Of a DNA stretch of 64,000 nt, positions 39,872-49,140 are shown in pieces (the first letter of the stretch is position 1; each line of letters opens with the position of its first letter). Where the stretch lies: assembly GCA_965213625.1 (NCBI GenBank), contig CBDBZU010000004.1, forward strand, positions 640,001 through 704,000, in the 5' to 3' direction. The position numbers were made by a program, and so were the translations under genes. The stretch is from a bacterium. GTDB taxonomy: Bacteria > UBA8248. Below the pieces are notes generated by a model. It was not told the origin of the DNA, made no database searches, and worked only from the letters and a program-made list of their open reading frames with translations.

Positions 39872-40234
39872 ATGCGCGCCCAAAAATACAGTTGGGATGA
39901 GATGCCCGAGGAGGCCGTGACCGACACATTTTCGAGAAAGATGGTGGTGGGCGAAAAGGAGATGCTTTGCTGGCTCAAGCTCAAACCCGGCTGCGTGGTT
40001 CCCATGCACAGCCACGAGAACGAGCAGATTTCCCACGTCATCAAAGGTAGGCTCAAGTTTTTTGTCGACGATGAGACCGTGGAACTCGGACCTGGGGAAT
40101 CGCTTCTCATACCCCCGCACGTCCCCCACTCGGTAGAAGTCGTAGGCGACGAAACGGCAATTGACTACGACATCTTCAGTCCCATCCGCGAAGACTGGCT
40201 CGACGGGAGTGATAATTACTTAAGGGACGAATAA
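39872..40234 (+). CDS. Cupin domain protein
   Basis: PMHSHENEQ, IPPHVPH, DIFSPIREDW motifs. Confidence 0.9.
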   Translation: MRAQKYSWDEMPEEAVTDTFSRKMVVGEKEMLCWLKLKPGCVVPMHSHENEQISHVIKGRLKFFVDDETVELGPGESLLIPPHVPHSVEVVGDETAIDYDIFSPIREDWLDGSDNYLRDE

Positions 40235-40385
40235 CGGGGAAGTCCTCACCTAAATCTGTGGTAAAGCAAAAACATCTGGAGTGCGGCTCGTTTTGGGCGT
40301 CTTCAGATGCGTCCGTCAATCAATTCAATGGCTTCATCGACCGAACACGAGTTCATAGAAAGCCCGCAAAGAATATTCTTCTTTA

Positions 40386-40555
40386 TCCCAAGATATTGTA
40401 TCCACAACTCATCGACACACAATATATAGAATCTCCATAACTGATTGCTTTTAAAGCGTTAATTCGTTTATCCCCATCTGGATAACTTGTGGGTAAAACC
40501 GCCGTTCTGACCCCATATCTTGTGTAGCAGGAAAAAAATATACTATATTTTGTGC
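40386..40555. promoter_or_regulatory. Cluster of four NrdR-like boxes, four DnaA boxes and an IHF-like site
   Basis: NrdR-like 16-mers at 40386, 40417, 40510, 40540 (pairs 31 and 30 bp apart); one-mismatch DnaA boxes at 40398, 40468, 40477(-), 40488(-); IHF-like TAACTGATTGCTT at 40438-40450. Confidence 0.7.
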
Positions 40556-40563
40556 TAAATTTA

Positions 40564-40592
40564 TTGACAATCGGTAATAATCGCCCTACACT
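40564..40592 (+). promoter_or_regulatory. Sigma70-type promoter
   Basis: TTGACA-17 bp-TACACT. Confidence 0.7.
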
Positions 40593-40855
40593 GATAATTA
40601 AGGGTAGCAGAAATAGTCACTCCGCAACGAGTTCAGGTAGGCGCATCCGCCCCTCATCTTCGCTGGAAAAGTAATTTTTGCAGGCAAGTAGTTGACGTAG
40701 TTCGTGATGACGGGCGGCAGAGTCATCCCTCCGGGCATCGCCTGCCCTTTCCTTCCAGAGGATGCCCCTATCCCACCAAGGGGCCCCCTGCGGGGCCCCA
40801 AGATTCTGAAAGGCCCGAAAAAGCATCAGGCGCTTTTCAGAAACCACGCACCACG

Positions 40856-40884
40856 AAAAAAGCCCCCTCACAGGGAGGGGGCTC
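40856..40884 (-). terminator. Rho-independent terminator of hflKC
   Basis: Minus strand AGCCCCCTC-loop-GAGGGGGCT followed by a T-run. Confidence 0.75.
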
Positions 40885-40903
40885 TCCTGTTCCGGAACCG
40901 GGT

Positions 40904-41824
40904 TTATTCGGATTTTTCCTGGGTCTTTTTCGCGTTTCTGTTCTTCGATCCTTGCAGAAACCGGAGGAAGTCACTGCTCGCGGGCAGCACGAGGGTCGTC
41001 TTGTCCTTCAGAGAGCCCTCATACACCTCCAGGCTCTTCAAGAACGCGTAGAATTCCTCATCCTGACCGAACGCCTGCGCGTTGATGTCGATGCTCTTGG
41101 CGTCGCCCTCGCCCTTGGTGATTTGCTCTTTCTCATAGGCTTCCGCCAGGAGCACGTCGCGCTCACGGTTGGTTTCCGCCCGAATCTTCTGGGCCTGCTC
41201 TTTTCCTTCCGAGCGGTATTGGCGGGCGATTCTTTGGCGCTCGGCCTGCATGCGCCCGTAAATCGCTTTCAAGTTTTCCGTCGGCAAGTCTGCGCGCTTC
41301 AAGCGAACGTCCACTATCTCGATGCCGTATTCGCGCGCTTTCTCGTCGCTTGCTTTCGTGACCTTGGCCATCAGCTGCGCGCGATCCTTGGCTACGATGT
41401 CGATCAAATCCTTGCGGCCGAGTTCCTGGCGCAATTCACTGTAGATAATGTCGTCGAGCCGGGCTTGCGCCCCCGTTTCGTTGCGGACCGTGCGCAGGAA
41501 CTGGAGCGGGTCGACGATGCGCCATCGCGAGAAATTATCCACCACGAGGGATTTCTTGTCTTGCGTGATGATTTCCGTCGGGTTGGAATCGTACTCGAGC
41601 AGGCGACGGTCGAAAAACGTGAGCTGCTCCACGAACGGCAGCCGGTAGTTGAGGCCGGCTTCGCGCAAAACACGCACGGGCTTACCGAACCGGGTGACGA
41701 CCACCTGCCTGTCTTCGCGAACCGTGAATAACAGCGAGTTGACCCCAAAGACGATGATCAGGACCAGAACAAACAACGCGATTGTCTTTTTCGGCAATTT
41801 CACGCCCCCTCCCTCTGCGCTCAT
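40904..41824 (-). CDS. hflC: FtsH protease modulator HflC
   Basis: SPFH domain; T.DKK.LVVD...RWRI.DP, GIEIVDVRLKRADLP, RMQAER, FYAFLKSLE.Y. Confidence 0.95.
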   Translation of the reverse strand: MSAEGGGVKLPKKTIALFVLVLIIVFGVNSLLFTVREDRQVVVTRFGKPVRVLREAGLNYRLPFVEQLTFFDRRLLEYDSNPTEIITQDKKSLVVDNFSRWRIVDPLQFLRTVRNETGAQARLDDIIYSELRQELGRKDLIDIVAKDRAQLMAKVTKASDEKAREYGIEIVDVRLKRADLPTENLKAIYGRMQAERQRIARQYRSEGKEQAQKIRAETNRERDVLLAEAYEKEQITKGEGDAKSIDINAQAFGQDEEFYAFLKSLEVYEGSLKDKTTLVLPASSDFLRFLQGSKNRNAKKTQEKSE

Positions 41825-42870
41825 CGTTTCGTCACCCCTTCTATTCCACCACCCCGCAGCGGGAGTATCGGCAGCACGCCGGATTTGCCCTGATCCAGGA
41901 TCACCTTGTCCACCGTCGGCATCACCTCCTGCATCATTTCGAGATACAGGCGCTCGCGCGTAATGGCCGGCGCTTTTTTGTATTCCTTAAGCGTGGCGAG
42001 GAAGCGGTTCGCATCGCCTCGCGCATGGCGAATCTTGGTTTCGCGGTAGGCTTCCGCTTTTCTGAGAACGGCGGCCACCTTACCGCGCGTCTCCGGTATC
42101 ACCTGGTTTTGATAGCCCTGGGCCTCGTTCACGAGGCGGTTCCTGTCCTCACGGGCGCTGGCCACGTCCTTGAAGGCGTGGATGACTTCCTTGGGAGGCG
42201 TCACGTCCTGGAGCTGCACCGCCGCCACGCGCAAGCCGGTTTCGTAGAGATCCAGAATCTTCTGAATCTCCACCATTGTCTCTTGCTGGATCGCACCCTT
42301 TCCGGTGGTGAGCGCCTCGTCGATGGGCTTGCTGCCCACCACCTGCCGGATGGCGGCCTCGGCGGCGTGCACCACCGTCTCTCTGGGTCTGCGCACTTTG
42401 AAGAGATACTTGTCGGCCTCCACGATGCGGTACTGGACGATCATATCGACGTCCACCATGTTTTCATCCCCGGTCAGCATTCTCGATTCATGGGGCTTGT
42501 CCGAATATCTGGCGGGAGGTCCCGGATCGATCGTGCGGAAACCGATTTCAACGCGCTTCACTTCCGTCACCTTCGGCGTGTAGGCGGTCTCCATCGGGAA
42601 GGGCATATGATAGTTCAAACCCGAGGACACCACCCGATCGATGCGACCGAACCGGAGCACGATCCCCTGCTCATCCGGCCCCACGCTGAAAATGCCCGAA
42701 GCCAGCCAGATCAGGGCCACCACCACGAATATGGCAGCGGAGGGCAACTTGAAATTGGGTATTCGGAACTGCGGCAGCTTGATCTGAGGCGGGATGCCTC
42801 CTCCTCCACCGCCACCTCCACTACCACCGCCTTGTCTTCTCGATTTGAACTCATCCCAGTCCATTGGCAT
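41821..42870 (-). CDS. hflK: FtsH protease modulator HflK
   Basis: Gly-rich N-terminus, MLTGDEN.V, V.PPKEV..AF.DV.SARED, TRERLYLE. Confidence 0.95.
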   Translation of the reverse strand: MPMDWDEFKSRRQGGGSGGGGGGGGIPPQIKLPQFRIPNFKLPSAAIFVVVALIWLASGIFSVGPDEQGIVLRFGRIDRVVSSGLNYHMPFPMETAYTPKVTEVKRVEIGFRTIDPGPPARYSDKPHESRMLTGDENMVDVDMIVQYRIVEADKYLFKVRRPRETVVHAAEAAIRQVVGSKPIDEALTTGKGAIQQETMVEIQKILDLYETGLRVAAVQLQDVTPPKEVIHAFKDVASAREDRNRLVNEAQGYQNQVIPETRGKVAAVLRKAEAYRETKIRHARGDANRFLATLKEYKKAPAITRERLYLEMMQEVMPTVDKVILDQGKSGVLPILPLRGGGIEGVTKR

Positions 42871-42976
42871 GAGCATTTCTCCTATCTGCGACGCTTCATA
42901 ACTTTAAGAGGCGACATGGGAAATTTCGGACACTTAAGACAATACATCCACACCCTATGCGCGTTATGGTTTGAAG

Positions 42977-43939
42977 TCAACCAACGCGAATCCGTTTTTG
43001 GCGCACTTGGCGTTGATTCTTCACAATTTGCCTGCGCGAAGGCAACCCCCCTTGCGCGCCGCGTTTTCTCACCGAACAGGATCCTGCGCTGACGGCGAAG
43101 CGAACCGCTTCTCCAAACGCCGAGACCTCTGCGAGCCTGGCCGCAAGCGCGCCGCAAAACGCATCGCCCGCGCCCGTCGTATCCACTACTTCAATTCCGG
43201 CTGGAGGCCTGAACCAGGAGGCCCTCTCTTCATCCAGCAGAAAAGCCCCTTTTGCTCCCGCAGTGATGACAACCCGGGAAGGCCCCAGCGCCCTTAAGGC
43301 TCTCGCCGCGCCAAGGAACTCTCCATCCGTATCGGGTGTTTTCCCGAGTCCGGCCAGATGCGCCGCTTCGGTTTCGTTCGGCGCCAGCACGTCGGTCAAG
43401 TGTAGCAACTTATCAGGTAGTTCACCCGCCGCCGGGGCCGGGTTCAGGACGTTGCAGGCGCCGCGCCTTCTCCCTTTTTCGAACACGGCCATTATCGATG
43501 GAAGTGGAATCTCGAGCTGCGCCAGAACAACGCCGCCGAAATCCAGCAGACCCGGCCTTCTTCTCATTCGCCCGGGAGTGAGGAGCGTGTTCGCACCGGG
43601 GGCCACGGCGATTTGGTTCTCGCCTTTCTCGTCCACCACGATCAGCGCGGTACCCGTGCTCGCCTTACAGCGCAGTATTCCATCGGGCGATATCCCGCTC
43701 TCCCGCAGATGCCGGGCATAGCCGTCACCCCCCGCGTCGTTTCCCAGCATGGTGACGAAGCAAACCATCGCTCCGGCGCGGGCGGCCGCCAGGGCCTGAT
43801 TCGCCCCTTTCCCGCCCCAATAATCACGCCGCTCATTCCCAAGGACGGTCTCGCCTGCGGAGGGGAGTTTATCCACCCGAACGACGATATCGATGTTCGA
43901 GCTTCCCAGCACCAAAACAGTGGGTTTTTTATTCCTCAT
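42977..43939 (-). CDS. rbsK: Ribokinase
   Basis: GSSNID, GGKGANQA.AAARAGA, QLEIP, NPAPA, PNETE, VDTTGAGDAF. Confidence 0.92.
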   Translation of the reverse strand: MRNKKPTVLVLGSSNIDIVVRVDKLPSAGETVLGNERRDYWGGKGANQALAAARAGAMVCFVTMLGNDAGGDGYARHLRESGISPDGILRCKASTGTALIVVDEKGENQIAVAPGANTLLTPGRMRRRPGLLDFGGVVLAQLEIPLPSIMAVFEKGRRRGACNVLNPAPAAGELPDKLLHLTDVLAPNETEAAHLAGLGKTPDTDGEFLGAARALRALGPSRVVITAGAKGAFLLDEERASWFRPPAGIEVVDTTGAGDAFCGALAARLAEVSAFGEAVRFAVSAGSCSVRKRGAQGGLPSRRQIVKNQRQVRQKRIRVG

Positions 43940-44957
43940 CCTTGTTCCAACCGCGATATTTGCGCAGATGCGAGATAAAAAACGCCAGAAACCTCTTCAC
44001 GTCCAGTTCCAGGGCCACGTCCACAGGGTTTTTGATCTTCGCTCCCCTGTTTTCCCTCAGATCCACCACCGTCATTCCACGTGTGATGCCCCTGCCCGCG
44101 TCCACGTCTACGCGGCACGGGATGGTCTCCACCAAATCCGGCTTCATCGCGACGGCGAGGGCCAGTGGATCGTGGAGGGTAATGTCGTACGCTCCCCTCC
44201 GCTTCCTGGAGAATCGCGCATAGATATTGATGAGGTCTCTCAGCGCCGCGCGGAACGATCCGCCGCCCTCGAATTCATCGACACGCAAGAGAGCGCGCCT
44301 CGTCACGTCCAGACCCACCATGGTGATGGGCAGGCCCGATGAGAACACCTCTTTTGCCGCCAGGGGATCGCAATAGATATTGAACTCGGCCGCAGGGGTC
44401 ACGTTACCGGGCATCCGCGCTACCCCTCCCATGACTACAATACGTTTTACTCGGGAGAAGGCTTCTGGTGCGCGCCGAAGAGCGATAGCCAGATTTGTGA
44501 GTGGTCCCAGCGTGATGATAGTCAATTGAGAGCCTCTCGCTGAGGCCTGCTCGACGATCACCTCCCAAGCCGGTTTCAAACTGCCCCGGCCCAGGCGGGG
44601 CAAACGCCTTTTCTTATCGAACATCGCTCCCATGCCTTCGGGGCCGTGAATCGCGCGCGATTCGCTCCGGTTCAGACGACTCCCGTCCAGAGCCAGCGTG
44701 GCGCCCGGGTAGACGGGAACATCCGGAAAGGAAGAATCGAGATGATCGAGCAAGAGCGAGACGAGCCTTTTTGCGTTTCGGTAGGCCAAACGCGCGGAAA
44801 CGTTGCCGTGCACGGTCGTCACGGCGTCATATCGGAAAAAAGGCGATGCGAAACCCATCGCCAGAGCCAGAGCGTCGTCCACGCCCGGGTCGCAATCCAC
44901 CAGGGCGTATCGAACCGGTAATTTGATTTTTTTGCCCACAGCCACACCTGACCTCAT
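43929..44957 (-). CDS. Inosine/uridine-preferring nucleoside hydrolase
   Basis: DCDPGVDDA, GPLTNLA, GNVTPAAEFN.Y.DP.AA, GLDVT, LHDP motifs. Confidence 0.92.
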   Translation of the reverse strand: MRSGVAVGKKIKLPVRYALVDCDPGVDDALALAMGFASPFFRYDAVTTVHGNVSARLAYRNAKRLVSLLLDHLDSSFPDVPVYPGATLALDGSRLNRSESRAIHGPEGMGAMFDKKRRLPRLGRGSLKPAWEVIVEQASARGSQLTIITLGPLTNLAIALRRAPEAFSRVKRIVVMGGVARMPGNVTPAAEFNIYCDPLAAKEVFSSGLPITMVGLDVTRRALLRVDEFEGGGSFRAALRDLINIYARFSRKRRGAYDITLHDPLALAVAMKPDLVETIPCRVDVDAGRGITRGMTVVDLRENRGAKIKNPVDVALELDVKRFLAFFISHLRKYRGWNKDEE

Positions 44958-45108
44958 TCTCGTCCTACGAAATCACGTCCCCCATCGTATGGATATTCGG
45001 CTTATATTTGCAAACATTGATATTTTACCTTGTGAAGCAACTTGGCTCACCGCTACAGATTGGCCGTTCGCAACGAAACGTGAGCTTATCGCTCTATAAC
45101 GATAAATA

Positions 45109-45121
45109 TATCAATAAGTTA
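45109..45121 (+). promoter_or_regulatory. IHF-binding site candidate in AT-rich divergent promoter region
   Basis: TATCAATAAGTTA matches WATCAANNNNTTR exactly. Confidence 0.5.
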
Positions 45122-45357
45122 ACTCTAATTTCCTATTTTGTTTTATAATTTGCGTTTCTATCTCATACTTCATATATGCTGATAACTTTATAGATTTCAA
45201 TCGCTTAAACCATTTTCATGCAGTCTTGAATTGACAAATCGTCTGATTTCATATACTTATGTCTGGTTTATAGAATTTGAGTTCTACATAATCACCCGTA
45301 ATTACATGGTGCCGCAAATCTATAATCCCCACACAAGAGGCTATCCCACTACTTAGC

Positions 45358-47457
45358 ATGGCCAAATCTGCATCATCTCCCACATCCAGAAAACGAATCA
45401 TTGCCGCGATCGATATCGGGGGTACGTTCACCGATATCGCAATCTATAATCCATCGAACGGAAATACCTCGGTGGGCAAGTATCTCACGACGCCGAACGA
45501 CCCTTCTATCGGCGCGCTTGCGGGACTGCGTACATTGCTCGATGAAGAAAGCCTGCGGTTCCGCGATCTCGGCCAAGCAGTACACGCGACCACTCTTGCC
45601 ACCAACGCGATTATCGAGAAAAAGGGGGCGGCCACAGGCCTACTCGCCACGAAGGGATTCGCCGACATCTTGTTGATGGGCCGTGAATCCAGATATGACA
45701 TCTACGACATCGTGCCTGAATTTCCGGAACCTCTGGTCTCCGGCCCATTTCGCCGTGAATTGACCGAGCGGATTTCCGCGGCCGGGGAGATCCTCCAACC
45801 TCTCAGCACCCAGGAAGTAAAAGTAACGATTCAGGAGCTCGTGGAAAAGGGAGCGAAATCCATCGCGGTTTGCCTCCTGCACTCCTACGCCAACCCGTCC
45901 CATGAGAACGAAGTCGGCGAAGCAATTGCCCAATCGTTTCCAGATGTGAGTTTCAGCCTCTCCTCGCAGGTTTGTCCGGAGATCAGGGAATACGAGAGGA
46001 CTTCCACCACGGTGGCCAACGCCTACATTCAGCCGATCGTCTCGAAATATCTCGAAGACCTCGAGGTCAACCTCGAAAACGTCTCGCTCTATATCATGTT
46101 GTCGAACGGCGGCATCGCCACTGCGCAATCCGCCGGACGCAGTCCCATACGCATGTTCGAGTCGGGTCCCGCGGCGGGAGCCCTTTCCTCGGCCTATTTC
46201 GGGAAACTCGGAGGATTCGAAAACCTCATCGCCTTCGACATGGGCGGCACCACCGCCAAATCCTGTATCATCGAAAATGGCGAACCCCACCTGTCCGTTC
46301 AATTCGAGATTGCGCGCGTCAAGCGTTTCACGAAAGGCAGTGGAATGCCCATTCAGGTGCCGTGCATCGACCTCATCGAAGTCGGCGCCGGAGGAGGCAG
46401 CATCGCGCGAATCGACGATCTGGGATTGCTGAAGGTCGGACCCGAGAGCCAGGGAGCATCCCCGGGTCCCGCCTGCTATGGGCTGGGTGGGGAAGAGCCC
46501 ACGGTGACCGACGCCAACCTGCTTCTCGGCTACATCAACCCCGACTATTTCCTGGGTGGCGAAATGCCCGTTTTCCCCGAGGCGGCAACCGAAGCCATTC
46601 GCACAAAAATCGCCGAGCCGATGAAGATCGAAGATATCCAGGCGGCCTGGGGAATTCATGAACTGGTGAATGAAACCATGGCCGCCTCTGCGCGCATCAA
46701 GCTCTCGGAACGCGGGAAAGACCCTCGCAATTTCACGCTCATGGCCACCGGCGGCGCGGGTCCCGTTCATGCTTTCCGGCTTGCGCGCAAGGTGGGACTC
46801 AAGCGCATCGTCTGCCCACCGGCCGCAGGATTGGCCTCCAGCCTGGGGCTCCACACAGTCCCCTTTAAGGTGGACACTGTGGACAGTCAGGTCATGCCGC
46901 TCGAAGACGTGAACCTCACCAAGCTGAACGACACGCTCACCCGAAGGGAAAAGCGGCTTCGCGAAGTACTCACCGCAGCTGGCGTGAGTACGCGCGAGAT
47001 CCGGATTCAGCGTATGGCGGACATCAGCTTCGAGGGGCAGGGCTTCCCGCTCACCATTCCCATACCGAGCGGAAAATTGACGCGAAACCATTTTGCAGAT
47101 ATCGGCGAAACCTATCGCGAACACTACGCTTCGGCTCATGGGCGCGCCATCGACGAAGTGCCGCTACAGGTGTTCAGTTGGCGAATCTTCGGAATGGGGC
47201 CGGAACCCAACGTGAACTTTGATTTTTCGAACCTATCAGACACCGACGGCAAAAACGCCCAGAAGGGCAACCGGCGCATCTACATGCCGGAAAACAAGGG
47301 CTTCCGAAAAGTAAATATCTTCGACCGTTACCTGTTGAAACCGGGACAGAAGTTCAAGGGGCCAGCGTTGGTGGAAGAGAAAATGACGACGACCGTCATC
47401 GGCCCGCGCTCTAACTTCCAGGTCGATAAATTCCAGAACCTGATCATCGAACTCTAG
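45358..47457 (+). CDS. hyuA: Hydantoinase/oxoprolinase subunit A (N-methylhydantoinase A-like)
   Basis: DIGGTFTD, HATTLATNA, EYERTSTT, ESGPAAG, DMGGTT, GAGGGSIA, PTVTDA. Confidence 0.92.
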   Translation: MAKSASSPTSRKRIIAAIDIGGTFTDIAIYNPSNGNTSVGKYLTTPNDPSIGALAGLRTLLDEESLRFRDLGQAVHATTLATNAIIEKKGAATGLLATKGFADILLMGRESRYDIYDIVPEFPEPLVSGPFRRELTERISAAGEILQPLSTQEVKVTIQELVEKGAKSIAVCLLHSYANPSHENEVGEAIAQSFPDVSFSLSSQVCPEIREYERTSTTVANAYIQPIVSKYLEDLEVNLENVSLYIMLSNGGIATAQSAGRSPIRMFESGPAAGALSSAYFGKLGGFENLIAFDMGGTTAKSCIIENGEPHLSVQFEIARVKRFTKGSGMPIQVPCIDLIEVGAGGGSIARIDDLGLLKVGPESQGASPGPACYGLGGEEPTVTDANLLLGYINPDYFLGGEMPVFPEAATEAIRTKIAEPMKIEDIQAAWGIHELVNETMAASARIKLSERGKDPRNFTLMATGGAGPVHAFRLARKVGLKRIVCPPAAGLASSLGLHTVPFKVDTVDSQVMPLEDVNLTKLNDTLTRREKRLREVLTAAGVSTREIRIQRMADISFEGQGFPLTIPIPSGKLTRNHFADIGETYREHYASAHGRAIDEVPLQVFSWRIFGMGPEPNVNFDFSNLSDTDGKNAQKGNRRIYMPENKGFRKVNIFDRYLLKPGQKFKGPALVEEKMTTTVIGPRSNFQVDKFQNLIIEL

Positions 47458-47470
47458 GAGAGATTCAAAC

Positions 47471-49132
47471 ATGGCCCGCAAGGGTATCGATTCAATAACC
47501 TTGGAAGTCCTCTGGAACCGCTTTATCGCCATCGCCGAAGAGGCGGCCACCGAGATCGTCCGCACCGCTTTTTCGACCACGATACGCGAATCGAGAAATT
47601 TCGCCGTCATCATACTGAACCCCAACGGACAATCCATCGCCCAAGCCAGATCCACCATGCCCAGCTTCGTGGGCGCGTTGCCGATTACGGCCAAAAAACT
47701 GCTCCAGATATACCCGCAGGATACGCTCGAACCCGGTGATCTCATCCTCACGAACGACCCGTGGATGGGAACCGGCCATCTTCAGGATCTCACTTCCCTT
47801 ACGCCGGTGTTCTACAAATCGAAGCTGGTCGCGCTCATCGGCATTACCACCCAGGTTACGGACATGGGGGGAAAACTCCGATCCCCCGAGGTGCGCGAGA
47901 TTTACGAAGAAGGTCTCCAACTCCCTCCCTGCAAGTACATGGCAGCGGGTGAAATCAACGAGGATATTCTGCGCATCATCAGAAATAACGTGCGTGTGCC
48001 GAGCCAGGTGGAGGGAGACATGATCTCCCATATGTCCGCCGGGAGACTCGCCGCCCAGCGCATCGGTGAGATGCTCGAAGAGTACAAACTCGCCGACCTT
48101 GAGGCGCCGGCCACCACGATCTTCCAGCGCTCCGAAAACGCTATGCGCGAGGCCATCAAGAAAGTAGAAGACGGGGAATACCGCTTTCAGGTATCCACAG
48201 ACGGATATGACGAGCCGCTCGTCATTCGCGTGGAAGTGAAGGTTCGAGGCAGCAGCATTCTGGTGGACTACACGGGCTCATCCCCACAGGTCGACCGCGG
48301 CCTGAACGCCGTATTGAATTATGTCTATTCCTATTCCGCCTATTCGCTCAAATGCCTGTTCTGTCCGCAGATTCCCAACAACGAGGGCAACTTCCGGCCC
48401 GTTACGGTATCGGCCCCTGAAGGCAGTATTCTGAATCCGCGTTACCCGGCCCCCGTGAACGGTCGCTCCATGGTGGGACACTTCATTCCTTCGGCCATTT
48501 TCGGCGCGCTGTGCAAAGCGGTTCCCAATCTCGTGCAGGCGGCCAGCGGCAGCCCCACATGGGCTATCAACGCGGCGGGCATCACAAAAGAAAACAGGCG
48601 CTTCGCCGGCAATTTCTTTCTGCATGGTGGACAGGGTGCGACGGACAGGTACGATGGGCGCGTATGCCTCGACTTCCCCTCGAACACGTCGAACACGCCC
48701 ATTGAAATCCTCGAGCATCTCGTACCCCTGCTCGTGGAGAGAAAAGCGTCCATCAGAGACAGCGGCGGTGCGGGCAAATACGCAGGCGGAAACGGCCAGC
48801 AGGTCATCGTGAAATCACTCTCGGACGGGCCGATTCTCCTCACATTCATGAGCGAGCGGACCCGGCACCCCGCCTATGGGTTGTTCGGCGGGAAAAACGG
48901 ACGCGTCGGCAAGGTGACCCTGAACGGACGCCCCATCAACCCCAAGCGTCAATGGGTGATGAACCAGAGCGACAGGCTCGTGCTCGAAGTGCCGAGCGGG
49001 GGTGGCTACGGCGACCCGAAGGATCGCTCCTTGTACGCCATCGAGCACGACCTGCTAGAGGGCCTGCTCTCCGTTCAAAAAGCCAGATCCGAATACAACT
49101 ACGACGGCGATTTCACCGCCGTCGACATGTAG
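47471..49132 (+). CDS. hyuB: Hydantoinase/oxoprolinase subunit B
   Basis: RTAFS..IRE, PGD...TNDP..G.GH..D, EEGL, DSGGAG, GGGYGDP. Confidence 0.92.
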   Translation: MARKGIDSITLEVLWNRFIAIAEEAATEIVRTAFSTTIRESRNFAVIILNPNGQSIAQARSTMPSFVGALPITAKKLLQIYPQDTLEPGDLILTNDPWMGTGHLQDLTSLTPVFYKSKLVALIGITTQVTDMGGKLRSPEVREIYEEGLQLPPCKYMAAGEINEDILRIIRNNVRVPSQVEGDMISHMSAGRLAAQRIGEMLEEYKLADLEAPATTIFQRSENAMREAIKKVEDGEYRFQVSTDGYDEPLVIRVEVKVRGSSILVDYTGSSPQVDRGLNAVLNYVYSYSAYSLKCLFCPQIPNNEGNFRPVTVSAPEGSILNPRYPAPVNGRSMVGHFIPSAIFGALCKAVPNLVQAASGSPTWAINAAGITKENRRFAGNFFLHGGQGATDRYDGRVCLDFPSNTSNTPIEILEHLVPLLVERKASIRDSGGAGKYAGGNGQQVIVKSLSDGPILLTFMSERTRHPAYGLFGGKNGRVGKVTLNGRPINPKRQWVMNQSDRLVLEVPSGGGYGDPKDRSLYAIEHDLLEGLLSVQKARSEYNYDGDFTAVDM

Positions 49133-49140
49133 TTCATCCA

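Noticed and set aside
40386-40592. Firm call of oriC
   Set aside because: No dnaA/dnaN/gidA nearby, no clear DnaA-trio run, and the rRNA operon at the window end would run head-on to replication; kept only as one hypothesis
40770-40800. CCACCA followed by GGGGCC as a permuted tmRNA junction
   Set aside because: No T-loop (GTTCRA) precedes the CCA, and no tag reading frame was found
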